A stretch of 64,000 nt of DNA, from NCBI GenBank assembly GCA_963663895.2, contig CAXXRD010000001.1, positions 416,001 to 480,000 on the forward strand, written 5' to 3'. The translations under genes were made by a program, and so were the position numbers. The DNA comes from Dehalococcoidia bacterium. GTDB taxonomy: Bacteria > Chloroflexota > Dehalococcoidia > Bin125. A model generated the notes under the pieces. The model saw nothing but the letters and a program-made list of their open reading frames with translations. It searched no databases and was not told the origin of the DNA. This document shows, one piece after another, positions 9,210 through 19,323 of the stretch. Each line of letters begins with the position of its first letter. Within the stretch, counting starts at the first letter, position 1.

Positions 9210-10289
9210 ATGCGCGTCGGGGTCAGCTTTCTCTTCAACAACGCGGGCGATCGGATCACCGATCAGGAGCTCTACCGGGAGAACCTGCGGATTGTGGATC
9301 TGATCGAGCCACTGGGCTTCGACTCCGCTTGGACGGTCGAGCATCACTTCACGAACTACACGATCTGCCCGGACACGATTCAGTTCCTCACCTGGGTTGC
9401 CGCGCGGACGGAAGCGATCCAGCTCGGAACACAGGTGGTCGTGCTGCCCTGGCACGATCCGCTGCGCGTGGCCGAGCAGGTGTCGCTGCTGGACACGATG
9501 TCGCAGGGACGGTTCCTCTTCGGCTTCGGGCGGGGAGCGGCGCGCGTCGAGTTCCAGGGCTTCCGGGTGCCGATGGAGGAGTCGCGGCAGCGTTTCGTCG
9601 AAAGCGCGGACATGATCTTGACGGGGCTCGAGAGCGGCTATTGCGAGTACGACGGCGCGTTCATCAAGCAGCCACGCGTGCCGGTCCGGCCGGCGCCGTT
9701 CAAGTCATTCCAGGGACGGGCTTACTGCGCGGCGGTTTCGCCCGAGACGATGGAGATCGCCGCGCGCCTCGGGGCGGGCGTGCTGATCAATCCGCAAAAG
9801 CCTTGGGAGAAGATCAGCGAGGAACTCGCAACTTACCGCAGGCGCTACCGGGCACTGCATGGGAAGCCACCGCCGGCTCCTGTGTCCACCACCTACCCGT
9901 TCGTCCATCCGGACCCGGAGTACGCGCGCGAGACGGTGCACCGCTACATGGTCCCGTACTACGCGGCGGTGCTAGAGCACTACGAATTCTCAGGGACGCA
10001 TTTCGAAGAGATCCAAGGCTACGAGTTCTACCGGAAGATGTCGCGCGTCATGCGCAAGGCGGGCGACGAAGGCGCGGCCCAGTTCTTCATCGATCTGCAA
10101 CCGTGGGGAACGCCCGATCAGGTGATCGCCAAGATGCTCGACGTGCACAAGCGCGTTCGCTACGAGCACTGCAACGTCAACTTCGCCTTCGGGCACCTGC
10201 CCGCCGCCGAAGCGGAACAGAGCATGCGGCTTTTCGCTACCGAGGTGCTGCCGGTGCTCAAGCAGATCCCCGCCGCGACCCCCGCTTAG
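9210..10289 (+). CDS. Luciferase-like (LLM) flavin-dependent oxidoreductase, paralog 1
   Basis: GFDSAWTVEHHF, LPWHDPLRVAEQ, GFGRG, GTPDQV. ATG 9210 follows AGGAAGGGA. Confidence 0.9.
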   Translation: MRVGVSFLFNNAGDRITDQELYRENLRIVDLIEPLGFDSAWTVEHHFTNYTICPDTIQFLTWVAARTEAIQLGTQVVVLPWHDPLRVAEQVSLLDTMSQGRFLFGFGRGAARVEFQGFRVPMEESRQRFVESADMILTGLESGYCEYDGAFIKQPRVPVRPAPFKSFQGRAYCAAVSPETMEIAARLGAGVLINPQKPWEKISEELATYRRRYRALHGKPPPAPVSTTYPFVHPDPEYARETVHRYMVPYYAAVLEHYEFSGTHFEEIQGYEFYRKMSRVMRKAGDEGAAQFFIDLQPWGTPDQVIAKMLDVHKRVRYEHCNVNFAFGHLPAAEAEQSMRLFATEVLPVLKQIPAATPA

Positions 10290-10382
10290 CGGCGGCCCTT
10301 CCGCCAGTTCACGATCGCGCTAGACTCGACCGCTGACCACGAGGCCGCACCGGGCGCGGAGCGGCGAGAAGGAGCGAGCCGC

Positions 10383-12185
10383 ATGGCGGCAACCGGCGAA
10401 ACCGCAACCGGCGTCGACCCGATCACCATCGAAGTGCTGCGCAGCGCCTTCACGGCGATCTGCAACGAGATGGCGCTGACGGTCGCGAAGACAGCCTATT
10501 CGACCCCGGTCAACGAGGGGCACGACTTCGCCACGGGCCTCTACGACCGCCACGGCAATCTGGTGGCTCAGGGAGAGTTCGACTTGCCGGCGTTCGTCGG
10601 CCTGACGCTCTTGACGGTGCCGGAGGTCATGCGGGCGATCGGGCCGGAGAACATCCAGCCCGAAGATATCTACATGATCAACGACCCCTACGTCGCGACG
10701 ACGCACTGCAACGACATCCACTTCATCAAGCCGATCTTCCACGACGGCGCCCTGGTGGGGTTCAGCTCCTCCACCGCGCACTGGTCGGACGTGGGCGGGG
10801 TGGCGCCGGGATCGCTTAACACGGCGGCGCGCAGTCACTACGAAGAGGGCATGCGTATCCCCGGTATCACGCTCTACAAGCGCGGGCAGCTCAATCAGGA
10901 TGTCGTGTCCCTGCTGTTGGTGAACATGCGGCAGTCATGGGAGCGGCTGGGCGACCTCAACGCGCAGGTGGCGGCGATCAAAGTGGGCGACCAGCGGATC
11001 CAAGGACTCATCGGGAAGCACGGCCGAGCCGCCGTGCTGGCGACCATGAGCGAAGTGCAGGATCACTCGGAGCGCCTAGCCCGCGCGTCCTTCCGCAGCT
11101 TGCCGGACGGCGTCTACGAAGCGGAGGACAAGGTCGATCAGGACCAATACACCGGCGAACCCAAGACGATCCGCCTGAAGCTCACGATCGAAGACGACCA
11201 TGCCGTTTTCGATTACACCGGGAGCGACGGCCCGGCGGAGTCCGGGATTAACGGCACCATCGCCGGCACGACGTCCGGAGTATTCATCGCAATGGCATCG
11301 ATATTGCCGCCGATGCCGATGAACGCCGGTGTGATGCGCGCCATCGAGATCAAGGCCCGGCAGGGATCGATCGTCTGGGCGAAGCCCCCGGTCGCGGTCT
11401 CCGTCATGACGATCACCGTGATGGACTGTGTGATCGGCTCGGCCACGCTGGCGCTGGGCCACGCCTTACCGGCGCGGGCGGTGGGGATGGCCGGATCGAT
11501 CCTCAATTCCACCTACGCGGGGGACGACAACCGCCCCACGTTCGATGCGCCCTTCATCAACTACACGTGGGCGTTCGGAGGGATGGGGGGAGCGCAAACG
11601 CACGACGGTCCCAACTGCACGGCCCCACCCTTCGGCGCCAGCGGCTCCACCATTCCCAGTGAGCTGCAGGAACGCCGTTATCCAGTGCTCTACAACCGCT
11701 GCAACCTGCTGCCCGATTCGGGCGGGCCCGGGGCGTTCCGTGGCGGACTGGCGCTGAACACGATCATGGAGTTCCCCTTCGAGCAGGTGGGCGGCACCGG
11801 CCTCTCCACCTTGGGCAACCGCGAGAAGTTCGGGCCACCGGGGATCTTCGGCGGCCTCGCAGGGCAGGTGGCGCGCCTCAGCCTCAACGACGGGACGGAG
11901 AGTGAGCGCCACCTCGGGACGACATCGACGAACGCGCCGGTGCAGCGGGGCGAGGTGCTCACCTTCCGGACCAACGGCGGCGGCGGCTACGGCGACCCCT
12001 TGGAACGCGATCCCCAACTCGTGCTAGAAGATCTTAAAGACGGCTACGCGACCATCGCCGGGTCCCGCGAGCAGTACGGGGTGGTGGTGAAGACGATCGA
12101 TCCGCGCACGCTCCAGTACGAAATCGACGAGGGCGCGACGGAGGTGCTGCGCGCCGCGCTGCGTACGGCGCGTTCCCCAGCGTGA
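10383..12185 (+). CDS. Hydantoinase B/oxoprolinase family subunit, copy 1
   Basis: DPITIEVL, NDPY...HCND, AHWSDVGG..PGS, EEG, DSGGPGAFRGG, GGGGYGDP. Confidence 0.92.
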   Translation: MAATGETATGVDPITIEVLRSAFTAICNEMALTVAKTAYSTPVNEGHDFATGLYDRHGNLVAQGEFDLPAFVGLTLLTVPEVMRAIGPENIQPEDIYMINDPYVATTHCNDIHFIKPIFHDGALVGFSSSTAHWSDVGGVAPGSLNTAARSHYEEGMRIPGITLYKRGQLNQDVVSLLLVNMRQSWERLGDLNAQVAAIKVGDQRIQGLIGKHGRAAVLATMSEVQDHSERLARASFRSLPDGVYEAEDKVDQDQYTGEPKTIRLKLTIEDDHAVFDYTGSDGPAESGINGTIAGTTSGVFIAMASILPPMPMNAGVMRAIEIKARQGSIVWAKPPVAVSVMTITVMDCVIGSATLALGHALPARAVGMAGSILNSTYAGDDNRPTFDAPFINYTWAFGGMGGAQTHDGPNCTAPPFGASGSTIPSELQERRYPVLYNRCNLLPDSGGPGAFRGGLALNTIMEFPFEQVGGTGLSTLGNREKFGPPGIFGGLAGQVARLSLNDGTESERHLGTTSTNAPVQRGEVLTFRTNGGGGYGDPLERDPQLVLEDLKDGYATIAGSREQYGVVVKTIDPRTLQYEIDEGATEVLRAALRTARSPA

Positions 12186-13958
12186 TGGTAGCGACCGGCC
12201 CCAACATCGATCCGATCACGCTGGAGGTACTGCGCAGCGCCTTTGCCGCCACCTGCAATGAGATGGCCCTGGTGGTCGGGAAGACCGCCTACTCGCCGCC
12301 GATCAACGAAGGGCGCGATCTGGCCACCGGCATCTACGACCGGCACGGCGCATTGGTGTCCCAGGGGGAGTTCGACCTCCCCGCGTTCGTGGGGCTCACC
12401 CACCTGACGGTACCGGAGGTGATTCGGTCGATCGGGCTCGAAAATATGAAGCCCGCCGACATCTACATGATCAACGACCCCTACGTCGCGAGCACGCACA
12501 ACAACGATATCCACTTCATCAAGCCGATCTTCCACGACGGATCGCTCATCGCGTTCACGTCCTCGACGGCGCACTGGTCGGACGTGGGCGGCGTCTCGCC
12601 GGGGTCGCTCAATCCGCGGGCGCGCAGCCACTTCGAGGAGGGAATGCGCATCCCCCGCGCTCACGATCTATAAGCAGAACGTATTGGACAAGGACATCGT
12701 CGGGATCCTGCTGGCGAACATGCGCCAGGGCTGGGAGCGGCTCGGCGATCTGCAAGCGCAGGTTGCGGCCGTGCGGGGCGGGGAGCGCCGGATTCTGGCG
12801 CTGGTCGCGAAGCACGGAAGCGCCACCGTGCTGGCGGCGATGGAAGAGATCCAGAATTACTCGGAGCGGCTGGCACGCGCGGCGTTTCGGGCGCTCCCAG
12901 ACGGCGTGTACTACGCCGAGGACAGCGTCGATCAGGACCTCTGGACCGGTGAACCAAAGACCGTGCGCCTGACCCTGACGATCGAGGACGACCACGCCGT
13001 CTTCGATTTCCTGGAGGCGGACGGCGCTGTGGAATCGGGGATCAACTGCACGATCGCCGGGACAACATCCGGGGTGTTCATCGCGATGGGCTCGATTCTG
13101 CCGCCGATGCCAATGAACGCGGGCGTCATGCGGGCGATCGCGATCAAGGCAAAGCGGGGATCGATCGTCTGGGCGCAGCCCCCCTCCGGTATCTCGGCGA
13201 TGGCGATCACGACGATGGAATGCGTCATGGGGTCCGTGACCTTGGCACTGGGACAGGCATCTCCCAAGCGCGGGGTGGGACTGGCGGGGGCGCTGCTCAA
13301 CATCACCTATGCCGGTAGCGACGAACGGCCGGAGTTCGACGCGCCCTTCATCAACTACACCTGGGGGTTCGGGGGCATGGGCGGCGCCCACGATCACGAC
13401 GGCGCGAACTATTCCGCAGCGCCGTACGCATCGAGCGCCATGAACATCCCCTGCGAACTGCAGGAGCGCCGCTACCCGGTGCTCTACCGCCGCTGCGATC
13501 TGACTCAGAACTCCGAGGGGCCCGGAACGTTCCGAGGCGGCCTCGGGCTCAGCCAGCAGATCGCGTTCCCCTTCCAAGGCGGGACGCTGTCCAACATCGG
13601 CAATCGCGAGCGCTTCGGACCGTCGGGGATCTTTGGGGGCAGGACGGGCGGCTTCGCCCGGCTGATCCTGGCAGAGGGGACGGAGAACGAGCAGAACCTC
13701 GGCACTTTCGCGGTGAACGCTCCGGTGCAGCGCGGCGACGTGATGACATTCGTCTCCAACGGCGGCGGCGGCTACAGCGACCCTTTGGAACGCGATCCGG
13801 CGCGGGTGCTAGCCGACGTTATGGACGAGTACGCGACGATCGCACACGCGCGCGCAACGTATGGCGTGGTGATCAACGAGATCGACCGCAGGCGCCTGCT
13901 GTTCGAGGTGGACGAAGCCGCCACGGCCGAGCTGCGCGCCGCAATGCGCGCTTCCTAG
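12182..13958 (+). pseudogene. Hydantoinase B/oxoprolinase family subunit, copy 2, with a +1 frameshift in a C5 run (possibly a sequencing error)
   Basis: ORFs 12182-12673 and 12684-13958 join into a full-length paralog of copy 1 if one C of CCCCC (12652-12656) is removed (MRIP-ALTIYKQNVL). Confidence 0.85.
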
Positions 13959-13960
13959 CG

Positions 13961-14953
13961 TCAGCCGATCAGCTGGACCGCGTCCAGGAAGGCTTGTTTG
14001 GTCTCCCGCTCCGTCATCGGCATCGGGTAGATGATCGGATGCTCCAAGCCAGCATCCCGATACTCCTGAATCCGGCCGCGGCAGTCATCGATATCGCCGA
14101 TGATGGCGACGCTATCGGCGAGCTCGTCGGAGAGAAAACGCGCGGCGCGCGCTTGATCGCCGGCACGCCAAGCACGCGCGGCGGCGCCGGCCTCCTCAAA
14201 ACCGGACTCCGCCATGAGGTGCTCGTAGCGGGTGAAGGTTCCGACGTACCAGGCCATGTGGCGCTTGACCATCGCCCGTCCCGCCTGCTTGTCATTGGTG
14301 ACGACGGTGAGCAGGTAGCTCCCTACCTCCACCTCGGCCGGATCGCGGCCAGCTTCGGCGGCGCCCTGCTTGACCCACTGGACCAGTTGACCGGCGCGTG
14401 CGGCGGTCAACTGAGTGCCGACGGCTCCGTCTGCGAGCGCGCCGGTGCGGGCTGCGCTCGCCGGAAACATCGGTGGGTACCAGATCGGGATGGAGTCCCG
14501 GTACATCTTCACCCAAGGCTTGTATCCCAGCGTGTAGTACCGGCCGCGGTGCTTCACCTCGCCGTCACGGATGAGGGCGCGAATGATGGCCGTGTACTCG
14601 ACCATGCGCGCGGTCGCGTTGTCGAAGGTCAGACCGTTCTCGTCCTCGACGATGGCGCGGTGACCCTGGCCGATGCCGAGGACGAAGCGGCCCTTCGAGA
14701 TCGTATCCACGGAAGCGGCGGCCATGGCGAGCGTGGTGGGCGCCCGATTAAAGATCACCGCGACACCGGGAGCGAGCAGGATGCGCTCGGTCACGACGGC
14801 GCAGGCGGCAAGGACCGCGAAAGGATCGCCCGATTTGTAGTCGGACATCCAGAGCGAGTCGAAGCCGGCCGCGTCCGCGAGGCGGGCCATCTCAAGCGTG
14901 TCTTCGATGGGAAGGGAGTCGGTATCCGGGAACTTGATGCCGAGCTTGGCCAT
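13961..14953 (-). CDS. LLM class oxidoreductase, Mer-like / F420-dependent type
   Basis: AGFDSLWMSD, DPFAVLAA, RAPTTLAMAAASVDTISKGRFVLGIG. AGGAGA RBS before ATG 14953. Confidence 0.85.
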   Translation of the reverse strand: MAKLGIKFPDTDSLPIEDTLEMARLADAAGFDSLWMSDYKSGDPFAVLAACAVVTERILLAPGVAVIFNRAPTTLAMAAASVDTISKGRFVLGIGQGHRAIVEDENGLTFDNATARMVEYTAIIRALIRDGEVKHRGRYYTLGYKPWVKMYRDSIPIWYPPMFPASAARTGALADGAVGTQLTAARAGQLVQWVKQGAAEAGRDPAEVEVGSYLLTVVTNDKQAGRAMVKRHMAWYVGTFTRYEHLMAESGFEEAGAAARAWRAGDQARAARFLSDELADSVAIIGDIDDCRGRIQEYRDAGLEHPIIYPMPMTERETKQAFLDAVQLIG

Positions 14954-15073
14954 GATCATCTCTCCTCGCTCCGTAGGGGTATCGCGCGCGAGGCTAGCGC
15001 CTCGCGTTGACACCGCTTTTTTCCGATCACTAGCCTCCAGCAATCGAGCGTTCGATCAAAAGCGAGGGACCGC

Positions 15074-15286
15074 ATGGACTCGAGAGAGATGGTCATCGCC
15101 AAGCTGGCCGAGTGGGACATCGTGCCCAGCGAAGAGGACTTGGCGGAGCTGGTGCCAGCCTACGAGGCGCTGCTGAAGTCACAGAAAGTGCTGGAGAGCA
15201 TGCTCCGCACCCGGTCGATGGGGAACGCAATGGAGTTCCCCCTGAGCGAGCCAGCCGTCATCCACGACATGGGAAGGTATCGCTAG
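15074..15286 (+). CDS. Small amidase partner protein, AtzG/GatC-like (putative)
   Basis: 70 aa, helical and acidic, ending in EPAVI. RBS GAGGGA; stop lies 2 nt before the amidase ATG. Confidence 0.55.
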   Translation: MDSREMVIAKLAEWDIVPSEEDLAELVPAYEALLKSQKVLESMLRTRSMGNAMEFPLSEPAVIHDMGRYR

Positions 15287-15288
15287 CC

Positions 15289-16695
15289 ATGGCAAGCACC
15301 GCACAAGAGCTGGCTTTTTCATCGATCGAAGCGCTGTCGGCGCGGATTCAAAGGAAGGAGATCTCTCCCGTCGAAGTGACGCAAACGATGCTGTCGCGCA
15401 TCGACGAGCTCAACCCGAAGATCCACGCCTACTACACCGTCTTCCACGACGAAGTGCTGGAAGATGCGCGCCGGGCCGAGCAAGAGATCGCGCGGGGCAA
15501 CTATCGCGGCCCGCTGCACGGGATCCCGATGGGGATCAAAGACATCTACGAGATGAAACGAACAACCTGCGGCTCCCAAGCGCTGCAGGAGTACGCGGCG
15601 GAAGAGGACTGCGTCGCGATCAAGAAGCTCAAGGACGCCGGCTCACTCATTTTGGGGAAGACCGCGACCTACGAGTTCGCCTACGGCATCCAGAGCCTCA
15701 AGTCGCCGGTGGAGCCGGTACGCAGCGCCTGGGACCTCAGCAGAGAAGCGGGGGGGTCGAGTAGCGGCTCCGGCGGAGCGATCGCGGCCGGAATGGCCTA
15801 CTCGGCGATGGGTTCCTGCACGGGCGGCTCGATCCGCTGGCCGGCGCAATGCCTGCTGCACGTGGGGCTCAAGGCGACCTACGGTCGCGTAAGCCGACGC
15901 GGCATCTATCCGCTCGCTTGGACTCTCGACCATCCCGGGCCTCTCGCCCGCACCGTGAAGGACTCCGCGCTCGTCCTGCAGGCGCTCGCCGGTTACGACG
16001 AACTGGATCCCGCCTCGGCGAACGTGCCGGTGCCGGACTTCACGGCCAAGCTGGACCGGGATATCCGCGGGATGCGGATTGGCTTGCTCGCCGACCTCTA
16101 CGAGAAGAGCTGCGACCCGAAGGTGCTGGAAGTCTATGACAAGGCGGTCGACAAGTACCGCAGCCTCGGCGCCGAGATCGTCAAGGTGCCGAGCATCGGC
16201 ATTTCCGAGCTGGAAGCGATCGAGTGGCCGACCCTCTGGTCGGAGGCCGCGGCGATCCATGTGCGTAACATTCGCAATCGCGGGGATCAGTACAACCCCA
16301 ACACGCGCCAGTTCATCCAGTGGGGCCTGCTGGTGAGCAACGCGTACTACATGCTGGCAAGTCGCTGCCGGGCGCAGGTGCGGGACGACCTGAACGCGGC
16401 TCTCACGCGGGATTGCGACGTGCTGATGCTGCCGACCGCAGGCTTCCAAGGACCGCCACCCGTAGCCGAGGAATCGCCGGGGTTGAACTTCATCGGCTCC
16501 GCCTTCGAGATCTACACGCCGATCTTCAACTTCACAGGTCACCCGGCGATCCAGGTGCCGTGCGGGTTCGACAGTGATGGGCTGGCGGTTGGGTTCCAAA
16601 TCGCGGCCAAGCCGTTCGACGAGGCAACGATGTTCCAGGTGGCCCGTGCCTACGAGCAATCGGAGCCATGGCACACGATGCATGCGGATATCTAG
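15289..16695 (+). CDS. Amidase signature family enzyme (AtzE/GatA-like), copy 1
   Basis: GPLHGIPMGIKD, GGSSSGS, GSCTGGSIR, GLKATYGRVS. The start is ATG 15289. Confidence 0.92.
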   Translation: MASTAQELAFSSIEALSARIQRKEISPVEVTQTMLSRIDELNPKIHAYYTVFHDEVLEDARRAEQEIARGNYRGPLHGIPMGIKDIYEMKRTTCGSQALQEYAAEEDCVAIKKLKDAGSLILGKTATYEFAYGIQSLKSPVEPVRSAWDLSREAGGSSSGSGGAIAAGMAYSAMGSCTGGSIRWPAQCLLHVGLKATYGRVSRRGIYPLAWTLDHPGPLARTVKDSALVLQALAGYDELDPASANVPVPDFTAKLDRDIRGMRIGLLADLYEKSCDPKVLEVYDKAVDKYRSLGAEIVKVPSIGISELEAIEWPTLWSEAAAIHVRNIRNRGDQYNPNTRQFIQWGLLVSNAYYMLASRCRAQVRDDLNAALTRDCDVLMLPTAGFQGPPPVAEESPGLNFIGSAFEIYTPIFNFTGHPAIQVPCGFDSDGLAVGFQIAAKPFDEATMFQVARAYEQSEPWHTMHADI

Positions 16696-16720
16696 GAGCA
16701 GCGCGGGGCGCTAGCACCCC

Positions 16721-18121
16721 ATGGCCGCTGACGGCGCCGACCTGGCTTTCGCGCCGATCGAGGAACTCGCACCGCGGCTGCATACGCGCGAAGTGTCGCC
16801 AATCGAGCTCGCCGACCTCACGCTGCGCCGGATCGAGGCGATCAACCCCCGGATCAACGCCTACTACACCGTGCTTGCAGACGAGCTGCGCACGGACGCC
16901 GAGCGCGCGGAGCGAGAGATCGCCCGGGGTCAGTATCGCGGCCCGCTCCATGGAGTGCCCATCTGCATCAAGGACATCTACGAAAGCGGCCGCACGACCT
17001 GCGGGTCGCAAACGCTGCAGCACTACAAAGCCGCCAACGAGAGCGTGGCGGTGCGAAAGCTACGCAATGCGGGGGCGCTGATCGCCGGCAAAGCAGCGAC
17101 CTTCGAGTTCGCATACGGCATGCCGAGCCGGCAGTCGCCGGTGGCGCCGGTGCGCAACCCCTGGAACGAAGAGCGACAGGCCGGGGGATCGAGCAGCGGC
17201 TCCGCGGCAGCGGTCGCTGCGGGCTTGGCCTATGCGGGGATGGGATCCTGCACAGGCGGATCCATTCGCTGGCCGGCGCAGTGCTGCCACTTGGTCGGGC
17301 TGAAACCGACGTACGGGCGAGTGAGCCGGCGCGGCATCTACCCGCTCGCATGGAGTTTGGACCACGCCGGTCCGATCACGCGCACCGTGCGCGATGCCGC
17401 GCTGATGCTTCAGGGTTGCGCCGGCTTCGACGAGGGAGACCCTGCCGCCGCGCGTGTGCCGGTGCCGGACTTCACGGCCAAGCTGGAACGCGAGATCCGC
17501 GGCATGAAGATCGGGCTGCCGGTCCGTCTGTACGAGGATTGCCAGCCGGTCGTGCGAGAGGTCTTCGAGGAAGCGCTGCGCGTGTTCGAGCGCCTCGGAG
17601 CGGAGCTGGTGACTGTGCCGAGCATCAGCGCGGAGGAGATGGACTGGATCGAGTACCCGGCGCTTTGGTCGGACGCCGCCACGATCCATTTCCGACAACT
17701 GCGTGCCCGCAGCGGCGAGTACAACCCCAACACGCGCCAGTATCTGCAGTGGGGGCTGCTCGTGAGCAGCGGCTACTACCTCACAGCTCAGCGCTGCCGG
17801 GCGCAGGTGCGGGACGACCTAATCGAGCTGCTGACCAAACAGGTCGACGTCCTCGTCCTGCCCACCAACGGCTTTCAGAGTCCACCGCTCATCCCCGAGC
17901 AGTCACCCGGTTTGAGTTTTTTGAGCGGGTTCCACCTATATACGGCGATCTTCAACTTCACGGGACTCCCGGCAGTGCAAGTGCCCTGTGGCGTCGACCG
18001 CGACGGCCTGCCGGTGGGTCTCCAAGTGGCGGCGAAGCCGTTCGACGAGCCGACGCTGCTCCAAGTCGCGCACGCCTACGAGCAGGCAACGGAGTGGCAC
18101 CACAGGCACGCCGATCTCTGA
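16721..18121 (+). CDS. Amidase signature family enzyme, copy 2
   Basis: GPLHGVPICIKD, RNPWN...GGSSSGS, GSCTGGSIR, GLKPTYGRVS. Confidence 0.92.
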   Translation: MAADGADLAFAPIEELAPRLHTREVSPIELADLTLRRIEAINPRINAYYTVLADELRTDAERAEREIARGQYRGPLHGVPICIKDIYESGRTTCGSQTLQHYKAANESVAVRKLRNAGALIAGKAATFEFAYGMPSRQSPVAPVRNPWNEERQAGGSSSGSAAAVAAGLAYAGMGSCTGGSIRWPAQCCHLVGLKPTYGRVSRRGIYPLAWSLDHAGPITRTVRDAALMLQGCAGFDEGDPAAARVPVPDFTAKLEREIRGMKIGLPVRLYEDCQPVVREVFEEALRVFERLGAELVTVPSISAEEMDWIEYPALWSDAATIHFRQLRARSGEYNPNTRQYLQWGLLVSSGYYLTAQRCRAQVRDDLIELLTKQVDVLVLPTNGFQSPPLIPEQSPGLSFLSGFHLYTAIFNFTGLPAVQVPCGVDRDGLPVGLQVAAKPFDEPTLLQVAHAYEQATEWHHRHADL

Positions 18122-18190
18122 GGCCGGCGGGATGTCACCGCGCGCGGGCAACCTGATAGCATGCCCTCATTCCTAAGTGGAGGTTCCCTC

Positions 18191-19264
18191 ATGCACGTTG
18201 GCTCCGGCCATATCTTCCAGAATCCCTACAACAAGCGGACCGATCTCGACCTGTACCAGAATGAGATGCGGCTGGCCGACCTCTCCGAAGGGCTCGGGTT
18301 CGATTCGATCTGGGGCGTCGAGCACCACTTCACCGACTACACGCTCTGTCCGGACGTGCTGCAGTGGTTGACCTGGGTCGCAGCACGCACCGAGCGCGTC
18401 CAGATCGGATCCATGGTGGTCGTGCTGCCCTGGCACGATCCGCTCCGAGTGGCCGAAGAGGTCGCGATGCTCGACGCGCTCTCCAACGGCCGCCTGATTC
18501 TGGGAGTCGGACGTGGGCTGGGACGCGTGGAGTTCGACGGCTTTCGCGTGTCGATGGACGAGACGCGGGCGCGCTTCATCGAAAGCGCCCGCATGGTCCT
18601 CACCGGGCTGGAGAACGGCTATGTGGAAGGCGACGGGGAATTCTATCCGCAGCCGCGCCGCGACCTGCGGCCCGCCCCGTTCAAGACATTCCGCGGACGC
18701 TCGTACGCTGCCGCGATCTCCCCGGAAACGATGAGGATCCTGGCCGAGCTCGGCGTGGGGATGTTGATTCTGCCGCAGAAGCCCTGGGATCAGATCGCCG
18801 AAGACTTGGAGAGCTACCGCAGCACCTACCGCGAGATCCAGGGCGAAGAGGCCCCCCCGCCAATCGTTGCCTCGTTCACCTACTGCGATGCGGACGCGAG
18901 CCGGGCGGAGGAGATCATGCGGCGGCACATGGACAGCTACTACGACTCCATGTTGCGCCACTACGAGTTGCAAGCGGAGCACTTCGGCAAGGCCAAGGGA
19001 TACGAGTACTACAAGGACATGAGCAAGGCGCTGAACAAATACGGCACCGGCGCCGCGGGGGAGTTCTTCCTCAACCTGCAGGTCTTCGGCACGCCCGAGC
19101 AGTGCTTGGAGAAGATCCGCGACACGATGGACAAGACGGGCGGCCAGCACTTCATCGCGACGTTCGCCTTCGGAGGAATTCCCTACGAGGACGCGGAGCG
19201 GAGCATGCGGCTCTTCGCCAAAGAGGTCCTGCCGGAGCTCCAGCGAGCGGCAGTGACCGCCTAG
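18191..19264 (+). CDS. LLM flavin-dependent oxidoreductase, paralog 2
   Basis: GFDSIWGVEHHF, LPWHDPLRVAEE. GGAGG RBS before ATG 18191. Confidence 0.9.
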   Translation: MHVGSGHIFQNPYNKRTDLDLYQNEMRLADLSEGLGFDSIWGVEHHFTDYTLCPDVLQWLTWVAARTERVQIGSMVVVLPWHDPLRVAEEVAMLDALSNGRLILGVGRGLGRVEFDGFRVSMDETRARFIESARMVLTGLENGYVEGDGEFYPQPRRDLRPAPFKTFRGRSYAAAISPETMRILAELGVGMLILPQKPWDQIAEDLESYRSTYREIQGEEAPPPIVASFTYCDADASRAEEIMRRHMDSYYDSMLRHYELQAEHFGKAKGYEYYKDMSKALNKYGTGAAGEFFLNLQVFGTPEQCLEKIRDTMDKTGGQHFIATFAFGGIPYEDAERSMRLFAKEVLPELQRAAVTA

Positions 19265-19323
19265 CCAGCCAGCGATCGGACACCTAGCATGCCGACCAGT
19301 ACACGCGAGCTTGGAGGAACACG

